Of a stretch of 64,000 nt of DNA, positions 1 to 9,989 are shown piece after piece; position 1 is the stretch's first letter; each line of letters opens with the position of its first letter. Position numbers and translations under genes: made by a program. The notes below the pieces were generated by a model. That model was not told where the DNA came from and searched no databases. It saw nothing but the letters and a program-made list of their open reading frames with translations. The DNA is taken from assembly GCA_044372405.1 (NCBI GenBank), contig JBILRW010000003.1, positions 13,381 to 77,380 of the forward strand, read 5' to 3'. Origin of the DNA: Alphaproteobacteria bacterium. Its GTDB lineage: Bacteria > Pseudomonadota > Alphaproteobacteria > JAJTHO01 > CANGYM01.

Positions 1-345
1 GACGGGCTGGTTCAGGGCCATGTCCAGCGTATTGTATGAAAAGGGAATCAGCGGCCACACCATCCACCCGCCGCTTTGATGAATCAAGTCCCGCACGAAG
101 GGATCATGAAAATCCGCCGGCGTTTCCAGGGTGCCGCCCAGATCTTTTTCGGTATACGACACAAGCAAAGGAAATAAAATCTGTCCCTGATGCTGCATCA
201 CCAATGGCCGATCATTGGCCAGAAGATTCGCACCCAAAGCCAGTAACACAAACACACACAGCAGTCGGCTGGCCCACAGCGCCAGGCGATTCCGGCGAAA
301 GGCTTCATAGTACAGCGAAAAAAGCGTTTTGGGGGTTTGGGTCAT
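1..345 (-). CDS. yejE: Microcin C/oligopeptide ABC transporter permease YejE, N-terminal 115 aa (continues past window start)
   Basis: Minus-strand translation from the ATG at 345 gives MTQTPKTLFSLYYEAFRRNRLALW..., typical of the YejE N-terminus. Its start overlaps the yejB stop by 4 nt (ATGA). Confidence 0.6.
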   Translation of the reverse strand, partial: MTQTPKTLFSLYYEAFRRNRLALWASRLLCVFVLLALGANLLANDRPLVMQHQGQILFPLLVSYTEKDLGGTLETPADFHDPFVRDLIHQSGGWMVWPLIPFSYNTLDMALNQPV

Positions 346-1409
346 CGCGGGGAGGTCTCAAAATCAATACGCGGATCCACCAGAACATACATGAGATCAT
401 TGAGGATATTGAGCAGAAGCCCCAAAAGGCTAAACAAAAACAACGTCGCAAAAACAACTGGGTAATCGCGGTTCAGGGCGGCTTCGTATCCCAGAAGACC
501 CAAGCCGTCCAGGGAAAAAAGGATCTCGATCAGCAGCGCCCCTGTAAAGAGCATATGAATCACCGTGGCCGGAAACCCCGCAATGACCAGAAGCATTGCA
601 TTACGAAACACATGACGCCATAAAATGCGCCCTTCGCTGGCACCCTTGGCCCGGGCGGTGAGCACAAAGGGCTTGCGCAGATAATCCAAAAAACAATTTC
701 TGGTCAGCAATGTTAAACTGGCAAAACTGGCCAGGGACAAGGCAATCATGGGCAGAACCAGGTGCCACAAATAATCCAGCGCACGGTCCCAAAAGGGCCA
801 ATCGTATGAGCCCTCTGACGCCAGCCCCCGCAACGGAAACCAACTGAAAAACTGCCCGCCGGAAAACACCACAATCAAAAACACGGCCACCAAAAATGAC
901 GGCAACGCATATGCCGCCACCAGCACCATGCTGCTGATGACATCGCCGGTACTGTGGGCATGACGGGCTTTGTAAATGCCCAGCGGAATGGAAAGCCCGT
1001 ACATAATCAATGTACCCCACAGCCCCAGGGACAACGATACCGGCAACTTTTCCAGAATCAAATCCCACACGGGACGATCCGAAAAATAACTGGTGCCAAA
1101 ATCAAAGGTAATGAATTGCCGCATCATTTTGAAAAAACGGGTGGAAAGCGGCTGATCAAACCCAAATTGTTTGGTCAGTTCATCCCGAAGTTCCTGATCA
1201 TAACGCGGGGCCTGGGGGGATGTTGCCGCGCCGCCCTCGGCAAAGCCCCGACCGCTCAAACGGGCAGTGGGATCCAGTCCCTGATACCGGTTCACCATCT
1301 GATCCACGGGTCCCCCGGGGGCGGCCTGAATCAACACAAAATTCAGCACCATAATCCCCAGTAACGTGGGCACCATGAACAACAAACGCTTAATAAAATA
1401 GGCGGCCAT
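342..1409 (-). CDS. yejB: ABC transporter permease, YejB/OppB-like (peptide/microcin C uptake)
   Basis: 355 aa with a binding-protein-dependent transport inner-membrane component. The N-terminus MAAYFIKRLLFMVPTLLGIMVLNF is typical of OppB/YejB. Translationally coupled to the downstream permease. Confidence 0.75.
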   Translation of the reverse strand: MAAYFIKRLLFMVPTLLGIMVLNFVLIQAAPGGPVDQMVNRYQGLDPTARLSGRGFAEGGAATSPQAPRYDQELRDELTKQFGFDQPLSTRFFKMMRQFITFDFGTSYFSDRPVWDLILEKLPVSLSLGLWGTLIMYGLSIPLGIYKARHAHSTGDVISSMVLVAAYALPSFLVAVFLIVVFSGGQFFSWFPLRGLASEGSYDWPFWDRALDYLWHLVLPMIALSLASFASLTLLTRNCFLDYLRKPFVLTARAKGASEGRILWRHVFRNAMLLVIAGFPATVIHMLFTGALLIEILFSLDGLGLLGYEAALNRDYPVVFATLFLFSLLGLLLNILNDLMYVLVDPRIDFETSPR

Positions 1410-1537
1410 GACCCGAGAGTTTTTATGTGATGTTTTGTTTGAGTTTTGTTTCTGGATTGTCTTGAGCTGACACTACACCTCTTTTGGGGCTTAGGCTAGG
1501 GGAGAAGGATGAGGTCTTTTACCAAACACGTTAACAA

Positions 1538-3301
1538 TCAACTCAACTCCGCAATCAATCCTTCAATGACGGAAAGCCCCTGTTGCCAAAACGTAGACTC
1601 TTTGGGATTCAGGCCAAAAGCCCCCAACATGGTATCATACCGCTGGGTCCCCCCTTTTTTCAGGAAAGCAATGTATTTTTCTGCAAATCCCTCTGGCTGT
1701 TTCTGATAGGTCGCATACAGGGTATTCACCAGACAATCCCCAAAGGCATATGCGTAAACGTAAAACGGGGAGTGAATAAAATGCTGAATGTAGGTCCAAT
1801 AGATTTTATAGGGATCAGACAGGGTAATGGCGGACCCCAAGCTTTCGGTTTGCACGTGCATCCACAGGGCGGCGAGATCCTCCGCGCTTAATTCACCCTC
1901 TCCCCGAGCGGCATGGACTTTGGTTTCAAAGGTATGAAAGGCAATTTGGCGCACAACGGTGTTGAGCATATCCTCAGCCTTTGAGGCGATAAGGGCCCGC
2001 CTTTGTTCAGTATTTTCAGCATCTTTCAGGAGGGCCTGAAACGTTAACATTTCCCCAAACACAGAGGCTGTTTCGGCAATGGTCAACGGTGTATCCGACA
2101 TCAGATACCCTTGATCTGCGCTTAAAACCTGATGAATGCCGTGACCCAATTCATGGGCCAGGGTCATGACATCGCGCTGAGATCCCTTAAAATTCATCAA
2201 AATATAGGGATGAACGCTGGGAACGCAAGGATGGGAGTACGCCCCGGAATCTTTTCCGGCCTGGGGGGCGGCATGAATCCAGCCCTGATCAAAAAAACGT
2301 TTTCCAATGGCGGCCATTTCCGGGGAAAAGGCCTCATACGCCGATAAAACAATCTCTTTCGCCTGATCCCAGGTATAGGTTGGTTGCGATACCTGAGGCA
2401 GCGGAGCGTTCCGATCCCAAAAATTTAGGGTTTTTTGGCCCATCCATCCCGCCTTTAGCTGGTAATAATGATGGGACAATTGGGGATAGGAAGAACGAAC
2501 GGCCTTAACCAACGTTTCCACCACGTCACCTTCCACCTGGTTTTGCAGATGGCGCGAGGCTGAGGGCGAAGGAAACTTGCGCCAGCGGTCCTCCGTGGCC
2601 TTGTCCTTTACCAAGTTGTTTATAATCAGGGCAAAAGTCTCTTTTTGGGTTTCCAGTCCTGCGGAAAAAGCCAGACCGGCATCTTTTCTGACATCAGGGT
2701 CAGACGACGTGTTCATCAGGTGCAAAACCTGAGTTTCTGTCATGATTTCGCCGCGATAGGAAAACCGCAAACCAGCGATAATCTGATCAAACAGACGAAT
2801 CCACCCATCCCGACTGGTGATATGCAGATCATGCATCAATTTTTCGCTGGTTTCCTCCAGCGTATAGGGCTTAAACACCCGTACCTGGTCCAACCAGGGC
2901 CGATAGCGCGCGATGTCTTCATGGGTTTGATACAGCGTTTTGACATAATCTTCATCCAGGGCGCACAGGCCTAGGGTATAGAAAATCAGATCAGATTCTA
3001 AGGTTTGCAGGGCTTCCCGTGTGTTTTGATACACCTGGGCCCGCGCCGTATCATTGCGATTTTCGGAAAACAGCAAAAAAGTATAGGTCCCCAGTTTGCC
3101 AAACAGCTCGGATAAGGCCTCGTAATCCTGAATGGCCTGATAAAACTGAAGGGGGGTGATTGTTGAAAAATCTTGGGTGGAAAAGGCTTGGACAAAAGAC
3201 GCAGTTTTGGCTTTTGCTTCGGAGAGTGCCGCATGAAACAACGGATCTTCAGGGCTTTGAAACAAATCGTCAAGGCGCCAGGGGGGAAGCGTTTCGGTCA
3301 T
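1538..3301 (-). CDS. pepF: Oligoendopeptidase F family M3 metallopeptidase
   Basis: 587 aa with the HELGH zinc-binding motif (AHELGHGIH) and the overall M3B PepF architecture. Confidence 0.8.
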   Translation of the reverse strand: MTETLPPWRLDDLFQSPEDPLFHAALSEAKAKTASFVQAFSTQDFSTITPLQFYQAIQDYEALSELFGKLGTYTFLLFSENRNDTARAQVYQNTREALQTLESDLIFYTLGLCALDEDYVKTLYQTHEDIARYRPWLDQVRVFKPYTLEETSEKLMHDLHITSRDGWIRLFDQIIAGLRFSYRGEIMTETQVLHLMNTSSDPDVRKDAGLAFSAGLETQKETFALIINNLVKDKATEDRWRKFPSPSASRHLQNQVEGDVVETLVKAVRSSYPQLSHHYYQLKAGWMGQKTLNFWDRNAPLPQVSQPTYTWDQAKEIVLSAYEAFSPEMAAIGKRFFDQGWIHAAPQAGKDSGAYSHPCVPSVHPYILMNFKGSQRDVMTLAHELGHGIHQVLSADQGYLMSDTPLTIAETASVFGEMLTFQALLKDAENTEQRRALIASKAEDMLNTVVRQIAFHTFETKVHAARGEGELSAEDLAALWMHVQTESLGSAITLSDPYKIYWTYIQHFIHSPFYVYAYAFGDCLVNTLYATYQKQPEGFAEKYIAFLKKGGTQRYDTMLGAFGLNPKESTFWQQGLSVIEGLIAELS

Positions 3302-4356
3302 TGGGCATCCTTTTCAGGCTCAGCAATTTGCCGTTTGCCGGCAAAGGCATCCAAGTATTGCTGCACCACAACCTGTTCGTGGTAGCGTTTTTTATAGGTC
3401 TCATGCCCTTTTTTCGCGAGGTCTTTTGCCAGTTTTTCATCGCCCAGAACTCTGTTGATGGCCCCAGAAAGGGCGTCGTCATTCCCTACGGGGACTAACA
3501 AACCAGTTTTTTCATGTTCAATAACTTGGGAAGGGCCTTCACTTTCAGAGGCAATCAAGGGTTTTTTGTGGGACCAGGCTTCCAGAATGACGGAACCAAA
3601 GGGTTCATGACGCGATGGGCACACAAAAACATCGGCATGATTCATAAAGGTTGAGATGTTTTCTTGCCATGGCAAAAAATGCACACGACTGGCAATAGGG
3701 GCAGCCATTTCAACAAGGGCCTGCTTTTCGTCTCCCTCGCCCAAAAGGCAAAGCTGCGCTTCTGGAACCTGAGTCATGGCGTTCATCAGCACATCAAACC
3801 CCTTATTGGGGTGAAAGCGGCCCAGGGCCAGCACGACTTTTTTCTTTGGATCAAGAGAAAGAGCACTTGGCAAGGATGTTCCCGGAAGGGGTTCATCGGC
3901 AAAATTAGGAACGGTGACAATTTTTTCAGCAGGCCAACCCTTATCCAAATAAAAGGTTCGTAAGTGATCCGTCATGGCAATCATCAAATCGCATTGGCGA
4001 TAGTATTTTAGGTCATAATACCCCCCTGGGCGACCCACGTGTAGCGCATGACTTTTGGGGCAAAATTTTGTGGCGCGATTCAGCCAGGTAAAAACCACAT
4101 CGGGTTTAAAGGACTCAATATGCTCAGAAAATAATTTTTTGGTTTTAAAATCAAAAAATCCTCCAAAGGGAGCCTGACGCAGTTCAATCCCAAGATCCTT
4201 CAGCCGTTTATAACGATCATAATTATGACGCATCAAAACCTGAAGAGTAACATCGTCCCTGGCATGGAAGGCCCGGGCCAGACGTTCAAAATGTTTTTCG
4301 GCGCCCCCTTTAGCGGCACCAGCAATGGCCATTAAAATACGCATGGTGCTAAGCAA
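3298..4356 (-). CDS. Glycosyltransferase family 1 (GT4-like)
   Basis: 352 aa with N-terminus MRILMAIAGAAKGGAEKHF and a C-terminal GT1 fold including EPFG and E..SV motifs. Overlaps the pepF start. Confidence 0.7.
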   Translation of the reverse strand: MLSTMRILMAIAGAAKGGAEKHFERLARAFHARDDVTLQVLMRHNYDRYKRLKDLGIELRQAPFGGFFDFKTKKLFSEHIESFKPDVVFTWLNRATKFCPKSHALHVGRPGGYYDLKYYRQCDLMIAMTDHLRTFYLDKGWPAEKIVTVPNFADEPLPGTSLPSALSLDPKKKVVLALGRFHPNKGFDVLMNAMTQVPEAQLCLLGEGDEKQALVEMAAPIASRVHFLPWQENISTFMNHADVFVCPSRHEPFGSVILEAWSHKKPLIASESEGPSQVIEHEKTGLLVPVGNDDALSGAINRVLGDEKLAKDLAKKGHETYKKRYHEQVVVQQYLDAFAGKRQIAEPEKDAQ

Positions 4357-4642
4357 TCTTCACAACATTACCTTCAGGTTTCTGGCGAGATAAACTTTCA
4401 AGGGCCTCTAAATAAACCTGAAACAATTGGTCTTCTTCGCTGCGTTCTTCTTCGCTTTTTTTGCGCCAGGCGACTAACTTGCGTATGACTTTTTTATCAA
4501 GACCTGTACCAGAAGCCTCTTCATAAACAGCGCGGATATCTGTTGCAATGGCCTCTTTTTCTTGTTCTAAATTTTCGATCCGCTCAATAAATGAGACCAA
4601 TTGTTTGGCACTGGAAGGATCAGGGGCGGAAAATGTTGTCAT
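4349..4642 (-). CDS. gapR: DUF2312 / GapR-like DNA-binding protein
   Basis: 97 aa. The motif QLVSFIERIENLEQEKEAIATDIRAVYEEA...KVIRKLVAWRK matches the alphaproteobacterial GapR/DUF2312 family. Confidence 0.75.
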   Translation of the reverse strand: MTTFSAPDPSSAKQLVSFIERIENLEQEKEAIATDIRAVYEEASGTGLDKKVIRKLVAWRKKSEEERSEEDQLFQVYLEALESLSRQKPEGNVVKIA

Positions 4643-4816
4643 GGCACGTCCTTTGGGAGTTTTTTATGGTGCTCCAGGTTTCCATACTTCCATTCAAATG
4701 GCAATGACAAAAAAGAAAAAATCAAAGGGTCGTAGCCTGGTTTTTTTTTTAAAGGATTTTATAATCTTTTTTACCGTCTCGTCCTTACACTGGACGGGCA
4801 TTAGGGGGAAAGTTTC

Positions 4817-6700
4817 ATGGACCGTGACCATTTGATTTTGATCGCTGAGGATGACGAGGTATCCCGGGTCCTTATGGGCAAATCTTTAGAAAAAATGGGT
4901 TTTAAGTCCGTGGCTGTGGGAAACGGAGAGGAGGCTTTAAGCGCCTTTCGTAAAACTCGCCCCTCCATTGTTTTGTTGGATTTGATGATGCCCATTATGG
5001 ATGGTATTGACTGTTGTCGTCATATTCGGGCTGAGGGTGGATTCGGGGAAGAGGTCCCCATTATTATGATCACAGGGATGCAAGACCTGCATATGGCGAA
5101 TGCTTCCTATGATGCGGGGGCCACAGATTTTATTACCAAGCCCATCAACTGGATTGTTCTGCAACATCGTATCCGATATATTTTTCGGGCGTATCAAAAT
5201 TTTAGAAAACTCAGAGACGGAGAAACACAGCTAATAACAGCCCAGCGCATTGCGCAATTGGGGTATTGGTATTATGATCGATCCTTAAAAACTATTCATT
5301 TTTCTGAGGAAGCCAAGCGCATCCTGGACCTGGATCCCCATCAGAGGCGTCCCTATACCTTAGAAGAATATATGCGTCTGATTCCCAAAACCGATAAAGA
5401 ATTGGTAGAAGTTTTTTTTAAGGAAGCCTTGTTGCACAATAAAAACACGGCCATTGATCATGCTTTTTTGACGCAGGATCACCATTTGCGTTATGTCCAT
5501 TTGCAAACCGGTGTTGAATCAATCGATGATTTATCTTCCCCTTTTATTAATGGTATTGTTCAGGACATCACTGAGCGTAAACAATACGAAGAAACCCTAA
5601 ATATCACTCAGTTCGTTTTGGATCGTGCCTCCGATGGGGTCATGTGGACCAATGCCTTTGGGAAGATTTTATATGTTAATGATGCGGCCTGTCAGTTGTT
5701 GCTGAAATCCAAGGAAGAGTTACTGCGAAGCACGATTCACGGCCTTAGAGATTTTCACAGCTTAGATCAATGGAGAGAGCACTGGGAACGTTTGAAAAAA
5801 CAAGGGTCCTTCACAACAGAAGAAAATTTACGTCATGATCCTGACCAAGAGAAGGTTATTGAATTTACAGAAAATTATTTACTGTTTAAAAATAAAGAGT
5901 TTAACTGCGCGTTTATGCGTGATGTGACCCAGCGCTATCAGGAAGAGCAAGAACTGATTCTGGCCAAAGAACAAGCCGAGGCCGCCAGTCGTTCCAAATC
6001 AGAATTTTTAGCCAATATGAGCCACGAGCTTCGCACCCCCCTTAATGCCATTATTGGATTTTCCAGCCTGATGCATAGCGAAATCTTTGGTTCATTAGGT
6101 CACGAAAAATACAGGGAATATGTAGGAGATATCAAAGAAAGTGGCGATCATCTTTTAAGTATTATCAATGACATTTTAGATCTTTCCAAAATTGAAGCCG
6201 GTCAATTTCAATTGTTTGAATCGAAAATGAGTTTAAGTAAAATGTTTGTTTCTGCCTTAAGGATTGTTCGGGGCAGGCTTGAGGCAGAAAAAATAGTGCT
6301 TATTGACGATATCCCTGATGATCTTCCCACCCTTTATGGGGATGAGCGCGCGTTGAAACAAGTGGTTATGAATGTTCTTTCCAACGCTATGAAATTTACC
6401 CCCGAAAGGGGAAGTGTTAGATTGTCGTGTCATTATGACGCTGTGATCCAGGATTTTCCCATCGTGATTCAATGTGCGGATACAGGCGTGGGCATGCGGG
6501 AAGAAGATATTGCCAAGGCATTAAAACCCTTTACTCAAATTGATAATTCCTATGCGCGTCGTCACGATGGTACGGGTCTGGGCTTACCTTTGGTTCAAAA
6601 ACTGATAGAAATGCATCAGGGTAAACTTCACATCAAAAGTGCGCCTGGGGAGGGAACAACGGTGTCTCTTTTTTTACCCAGAGAGCGGGTTTTGGTCTAA
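4817..6700 (+). CDS. Hybrid sensor histidine kinase: N-terminal receiver, PAS, HisKA, HATPase
   Basis: 627 aa. N-terminal REC (LIAEDDEVSRVLM...LLDLMMP), an H-box (SHELRTPLNAI), then N, G1 and G2 boxes (DTGVGM, GTGLGL). Confidence 0.8.
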   Translation: MDRDHLILIAEDDEVSRVLMGKSLEKMGFKSVAVGNGEEALSAFRKTRPSIVLLDLMMPIMDGIDCCRHIRAEGGFGEEVPIIMITGMQDLHMANASYDAGATDFITKPINWIVLQHRIRYIFRAYQNFRKLRDGETQLITAQRIAQLGYWYYDRSLKTIHFSEEAKRILDLDPHQRRPYTLEEYMRLIPKTDKELVEVFFKEALLHNKNTAIDHAFLTQDHHLRYVHLQTGVESIDDLSSPFINGIVQDITERKQYEETLNITQFVLDRASDGVMWTNAFGKILYVNDAACQLLLKSKEELLRSTIHGLRDFHSLDQWREHWERLKKQGSFTTEENLRHDPDQEKVIEFTENYLLFKNKEFNCAFMRDVTQRYQEEQELILAKEQAEAASRSKSEFLANMSHELRTPLNAIIGFSSLMHSEIFGSLGHEKYREYVGDIKESGDHLLSIINDILDLSKIEAGQFQLFESKMSLSKMFVSALRIVRGRLEAEKIVLIDDIPDDLPTLYGDERALKQVVMNVLSNAMKFTPERGSVRLSCHYDAVIQDFPIVIQCADTGVGMREEDIAKALKPFTQIDNSYARRHDGTGLGLPLVQKLIEMHQGKLHIKSAPGEGTTVSLFLPRERVLV

Positions 6701-6749
6701 ATTTTTTTGCTCCCCCCTTTGAATTGAATTGCCCGCGTCAGAGGCAATT

Positions 6750-6775
6750 TCTGGGACAATCTTCTGGGACAATCT
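6750..6775. repeat. 13-bp exact tandem duplication (TCTGGGACAATCT x2) in the promoter region upstream of the HAD hydrolase gene
   Basis: Read directly at 6750-6762 and 6763-6775. Confidence 0.85.
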
Positions 6776-6834
6776 TTTGACACTTTCGGTGGGGTTTGCT
6801 AAAACAAGGCCGGACTTGAAAAGAGACTTTCCCC

Positions 6835-7554
6835 GTGCCCCAGTCATGCCGTCACGATACCTATATTTTTGATTTGGACAATACGCTCTATGCTTCAGCG
6901 TCCAAGCTGTTCAGCCAGATTGATGGAAACATGACATCGTTTGTGCAGAAACATTTTGATTTGCCCTTTGATCAGGCCCAGGCCCTGCAAAAAAAATATT
7001 TTGAGGATCACGGCACAACGCTGTATGGTCTGATGAAAAAACACGATGTCAATCCGCATCATTTTTTGGATTATATTCATGAACGTGTGGATTACACGTG
7101 GCTGAGTCCCGATGCCGAACTGAAAGCGGCCCTGGACGCGCTGGAGGGAAAAAAAATTGTCTTTACCAATGCGTCCCACCACCACGCGGATCGGGTGCTG
7201 GATCGTTTGGGCATTGCGTCGTGTTTTTCCGGGTGTTTTGATATTATTGATGCGGGCTTTGCCCCCAAGCCCCACCGGGAAACGTATGAAAAATTATTAT
7301 CTGTTTTTGATGTAGACCCCTCGCGGTCGGTGATGTTTGATGATATTCCCAAAAATTTGGTGACGGCGTCCCAGGTGGGTATGGCCACGGTTCTGATTTT
7401 GCATGATGACGAAGGCCTTCCCTATCGTTATGATCATGATGACCACGGCCCCTTTGTGGATGATCAAACCCGTGATCTGGCCCAGTGGCTGCATCACCAC
7501 CAAAGCATTGTTTCTAAAATCCCATCAGAAAAGAAAGCGTTTTCGGCCCCATGA
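6835..7554 (+). CDS. HAD-superfamily hydrolase, pyrimidine 5-prime-nucleotidase-like
   Basis: 239 aa with HAD motif I DLDNTLY and HAD motif IV MFDD. In alphaproteobacteria this gene commonly precedes dapD. Confidence 0.7.
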   Translation: MPQSCRHDTYIFDLDNTLYASASKLFSQIDGNMTSFVQKHFDLPFDQAQALQKKYFEDHGTTLYGLMKKHDVNPHHFLDYIHERVDYTWLSPDAELKAALDALEGKKIVFTNASHHHADRVLDRLGIASCFSGCFDIIDAGFAPKPHRETYEKLLSVFDVDPSRSVMFDDIPKNLVTASQVGMATVLILHDDEGLPYRYDHDDHGPFVDDQTRDLAQWLHHHQSIVSKIPSEKKAFSAP

Positions 7555-8402
7555 TCTCTTATACGGAACAACAGAAGATTATTGAATCATCTTGGGAAGA
7601 GCGAGACAGCATCACGCCAAACACGCAAGGGGATCTTCGGGCTGCTGTGGATGGGGTGCTCAGTGCCCTGGATCAGGGTCGTTTGCGGGTGGCCAGTCCT
7701 GAAGGCGAGACCTGGAAAGTCCATGATTGGATTAAAAAGGCGGTTCTGCTGTATTTTCGTTTGAACCCCATGCGGGAGCTGGGGGGCGGGGTGAAGGATG
7801 CCCTGTACGGGGATGCCAAGTGGTATGATAAAGTCCCCTCAAAATTTGCGGGTTGGTCGGCAGATGCCTTTCAAAATGCCGGATTTCGCGCGGTTCCCCC
7901 GTGCACCGTGCGCTTTGGGGCGTATATTGCGCCGCAGGTGGTGCTGCTGCCCTCCTTCGTCAACATCGGGGCATTCGTGGATCGGGGCACGATGATTGAT
8001 ACCTGGGCCACGGTGGGATCGTGCGCCCAAATTGGTAAAGATTGTCATATCTCGGGCGGGGCCGGTATTGGGGGTGTGTTAGAGCCCCTGCAAGCCGCGC
8101 CGGTGATTATTGAGGATAATTGTTTCATCGGGGCCCGCGCCGAAGTGGCGGAGGGCGTCCGTGTGGGGAGGGGATCTGTTTTGGGTATGGGGGTGTACTT
8201 GGGGGCCTCCACCAAAATTGTGGATCGCGCCACGGGGGAGATTTTTATGGGCTATGTCCCCCCTTATTCCGTTGTGGTGGCCGGAACACTGCCCGCTGCT
8301 GATCCCAAAAAACCCAGTTTATACTGCGCGGTTATTGTGAAGCGCGTGGATGAAAAAACACGGGCGAAAACGTCCTTAAACGAACTACTACGGGGGGATT
8401 AG
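7551..8402 (+). CDS. dapD: 2,3,4,5-tetrahydropyridine-2,6-dicarboxylate N-succinyltransferase
   Basis: 283 aa with hexapeptide-repeat left-handed beta-helix and a DapD-like N-terminus. ATGA overlap with the upstream gene. Confidence 0.85.
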   Translation: MISYTEQQKIIESSWEERDSITPNTQGDLRAAVDGVLSALDQGRLRVASPEGETWKVHDWIKKAVLLYFRLNPMRELGGGVKDALYGDAKWYDKVPSKFAGWSADAFQNAGFRAVPPCTVRFGAYIAPQVVLLPSFVNIGAFVDRGTMIDTWATVGSCAQIGKDCHISGGAGIGGVLEPLQAAPVIIEDNCFIGARAEVAEGVRVGRGSVLGMGVYLGASTKIVDRATGEIFMGYVPPYSVVVAGTLPAADPKKPSLYCAVIVKRVDEKTRAKTSLNELLRGD

Positions 8403-8406
8403 GGGT

Positions 8407-9372
8407 ATGGGAACGTTTGTTGTTTTTGGGGGAACGGGATTTGTGGGGCGATCCATCGTGCATCATTTGTGCGCGGCGGGGCATCGCGTCATCGTGCCCA
8501 CGCGCTCATTGGAAAAGGCAGCCTTCCTAAAAACATCCGGCCATGTGGGCCAGGTGACGCCGTGTCCGTTTGATCTGTTTCGGGCTTCGGAAGAATCCCT
8601 GAATACCGTGTTATCGGGGGCTGACGGGGTGATTAATACCGTTGGGATTTTATCCCCCAAACGGTTGTTTGACGCCCTTCACGTTCAATGGCCCAAAAAG
8701 CTGGCCACGGCGTGCGGTCATTTGGGGGTGAAGCATTTGGTTCATATTTCCGCGCTGGGGGTAACGCCGTCCTCAAAAAGTTTATACGCCTCGTCCAAGG
8801 CCCGGGGTGAGCAAGCCGTTTTGTCCATTTTTCCCCGCGCCAGCATCCTTCGTCCCAGTGTTATTTTCGGGCCTGGGGATGCCTTTTTGGGTAAATTTGC
8901 CAAAATGGCGTCGCTGTTTTCCGTTTTGCCCCTCATCGGCGGCGGCAAAACCCGCTTTCAACCGGTTTTTGTGGGCGATGTGGCGGAGGCTGTTATCACC
9001 CTAATTTCCAATGAACGGTATGAAGGACAGGTCTTTTCCTTGGGCGGGCCCAACGTCTTATCCTTTCGTGATATCTTGCGCGCCATTGGAAAAACGACGG
9101 GGCGTTCCGTTATTTTTCTCCCCCTGCCCTTTTTTATGGCCTCTCTCTTGGGGTGGGTTTTGCAAAAACTGCCCCGGCCTATGCTGACCGCCGATCAGGT
9201 GATTTTATTAAAAACGAACAACGTTGTGCCGGAAGGGGTCAAAACGTTTAAGGATTTGGACATCTTGCCAACCTCCATGCTGCCCATGCTGCCTGAGCTT
9301 TTGCAGGGCTATGTTCGGGGGGGCCGCTGGGGCATGAATCATGGTGACATTATGTCATCTGAGGCTTCTTAA
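8407..9372 (+). CDS. NAD(P)H-binding atypical SDR, NDUFA9-like
   Basis: 321 aa with a VFGGTGFVGR Rossmann motif. Typical alphaproteobacterial complex I 39-kDa-subunit homolog. Confidence 0.65.
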   Translation: MGTFVVFGGTGFVGRSIVHHLCAAGHRVIVPTRSLEKAAFLKTSGHVGQVTPCPFDLFRASEESLNTVLSGADGVINTVGILSPKRLFDALHVQWPKKLATACGHLGVKHLVHISALGVTPSSKSLYASSKARGEQAVLSIFPRASILRPSVIFGPGDAFLGKFAKMASLFSVLPLIGGGKTRFQPVFVGDVAEAVITLISNERYEGQVFSLGGPNVLSFRDILRAIGKTTGRSVIFLPLPFFMASLLGWVLQKLPRPMLTADQVILLKTNNVVPEGVKTFKDLDILPTSMLPMLPELLQGYVRGGRWGMNHGDIMSSEAS

Positions 9373-9986
9373 TGCCAACCTTTGATCTGGAATCCTCCCA
9401 CGCGGGTCTGGTGGTGGGGGTTGATGAAGTGGGCCGCGGCCCCCTGGCTGGTCCTGTTGTGGCGGCGGCGGTGGTGTTTCATACATATGATGTGCCGATT
9501 CAGGTGTTATCGCTGATAAAGGATTCTAAAGTTCTCTCTTCACCCCAAAGGCTGCGGGCGATGCAGGCGCTGGCCCCCTATGTTTCTGTGGGGCTGGGGG
9601 CGGCATCGCGCGGGATGATTGATCAGATCAATATTTTACGGGCGAGCTTACTGGCGATGCAACGGGCGGTGGCATCTCTGGCCCGGCGTCATGGGCCGTT
9701 TCATCATATTTTGGTGGATGGCTCCCATTGTCCGGCGTTTTCCTGTCCGGCTTCGGCAGTGGTGAAGGGGGATAATCTCAGCTTTTCCATCGCAGCGGCG
9801 TCCCTTTATGCCAAGGAAACCCGGGATGCGTTGATGACGCGTTTGGCGGCACGTTACCCCCATTTTTCCTGGGAAAACAATGCCGGTTATGGCACGGGGG
9901 CCCATTTGAAGGGGCTGGAGGCCGTGGGCATTACACCCCATCACCGCCTATCCTTTCGTCCTGTGGCGCTGCGGCAAGGAGGATAA
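9372..9986 (+). CDS. rnhB: Ribonuclease HII
   Basis: 204 aa with the RNase HII active-site motif GVDEVGRGPLAGPVVAAAV. Confidence 0.9.
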   Translation: MPTFDLESSHAGLVVGVDEVGRGPLAGPVVAAAVVFHTYDVPIQVLSLIKDSKVLSSPQRLRAMQALAPYVSVGLGAASRGMIDQINILRASLLAMQRAVASLARRHGPFHHILVDGSHCPAFSCPASAVVKGDNLSFSIAAASLYAKETRDALMTRLAARYPHFSWENNAGYGTGAHLKGLEAVGITPHHRLSFRPVALRQGG

Positions 9987-9989
9987 AAC

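Noticed and set aside
36-623. 195-aa plus-strand ORF at the window start
   Set aside because: Lies antisense to the well-supported yejE/yejB permease genes. Low-complexity, Arg/Pro-rich translation typical of a GC-rich antisense frame.
601-1364. Overlapping ORFs 601-1068 (-) and 954-1364 (+) inside yejB
   Set aside because: Alternative-frame and antisense ORFs within a strongly supported permease gene. No motifs.
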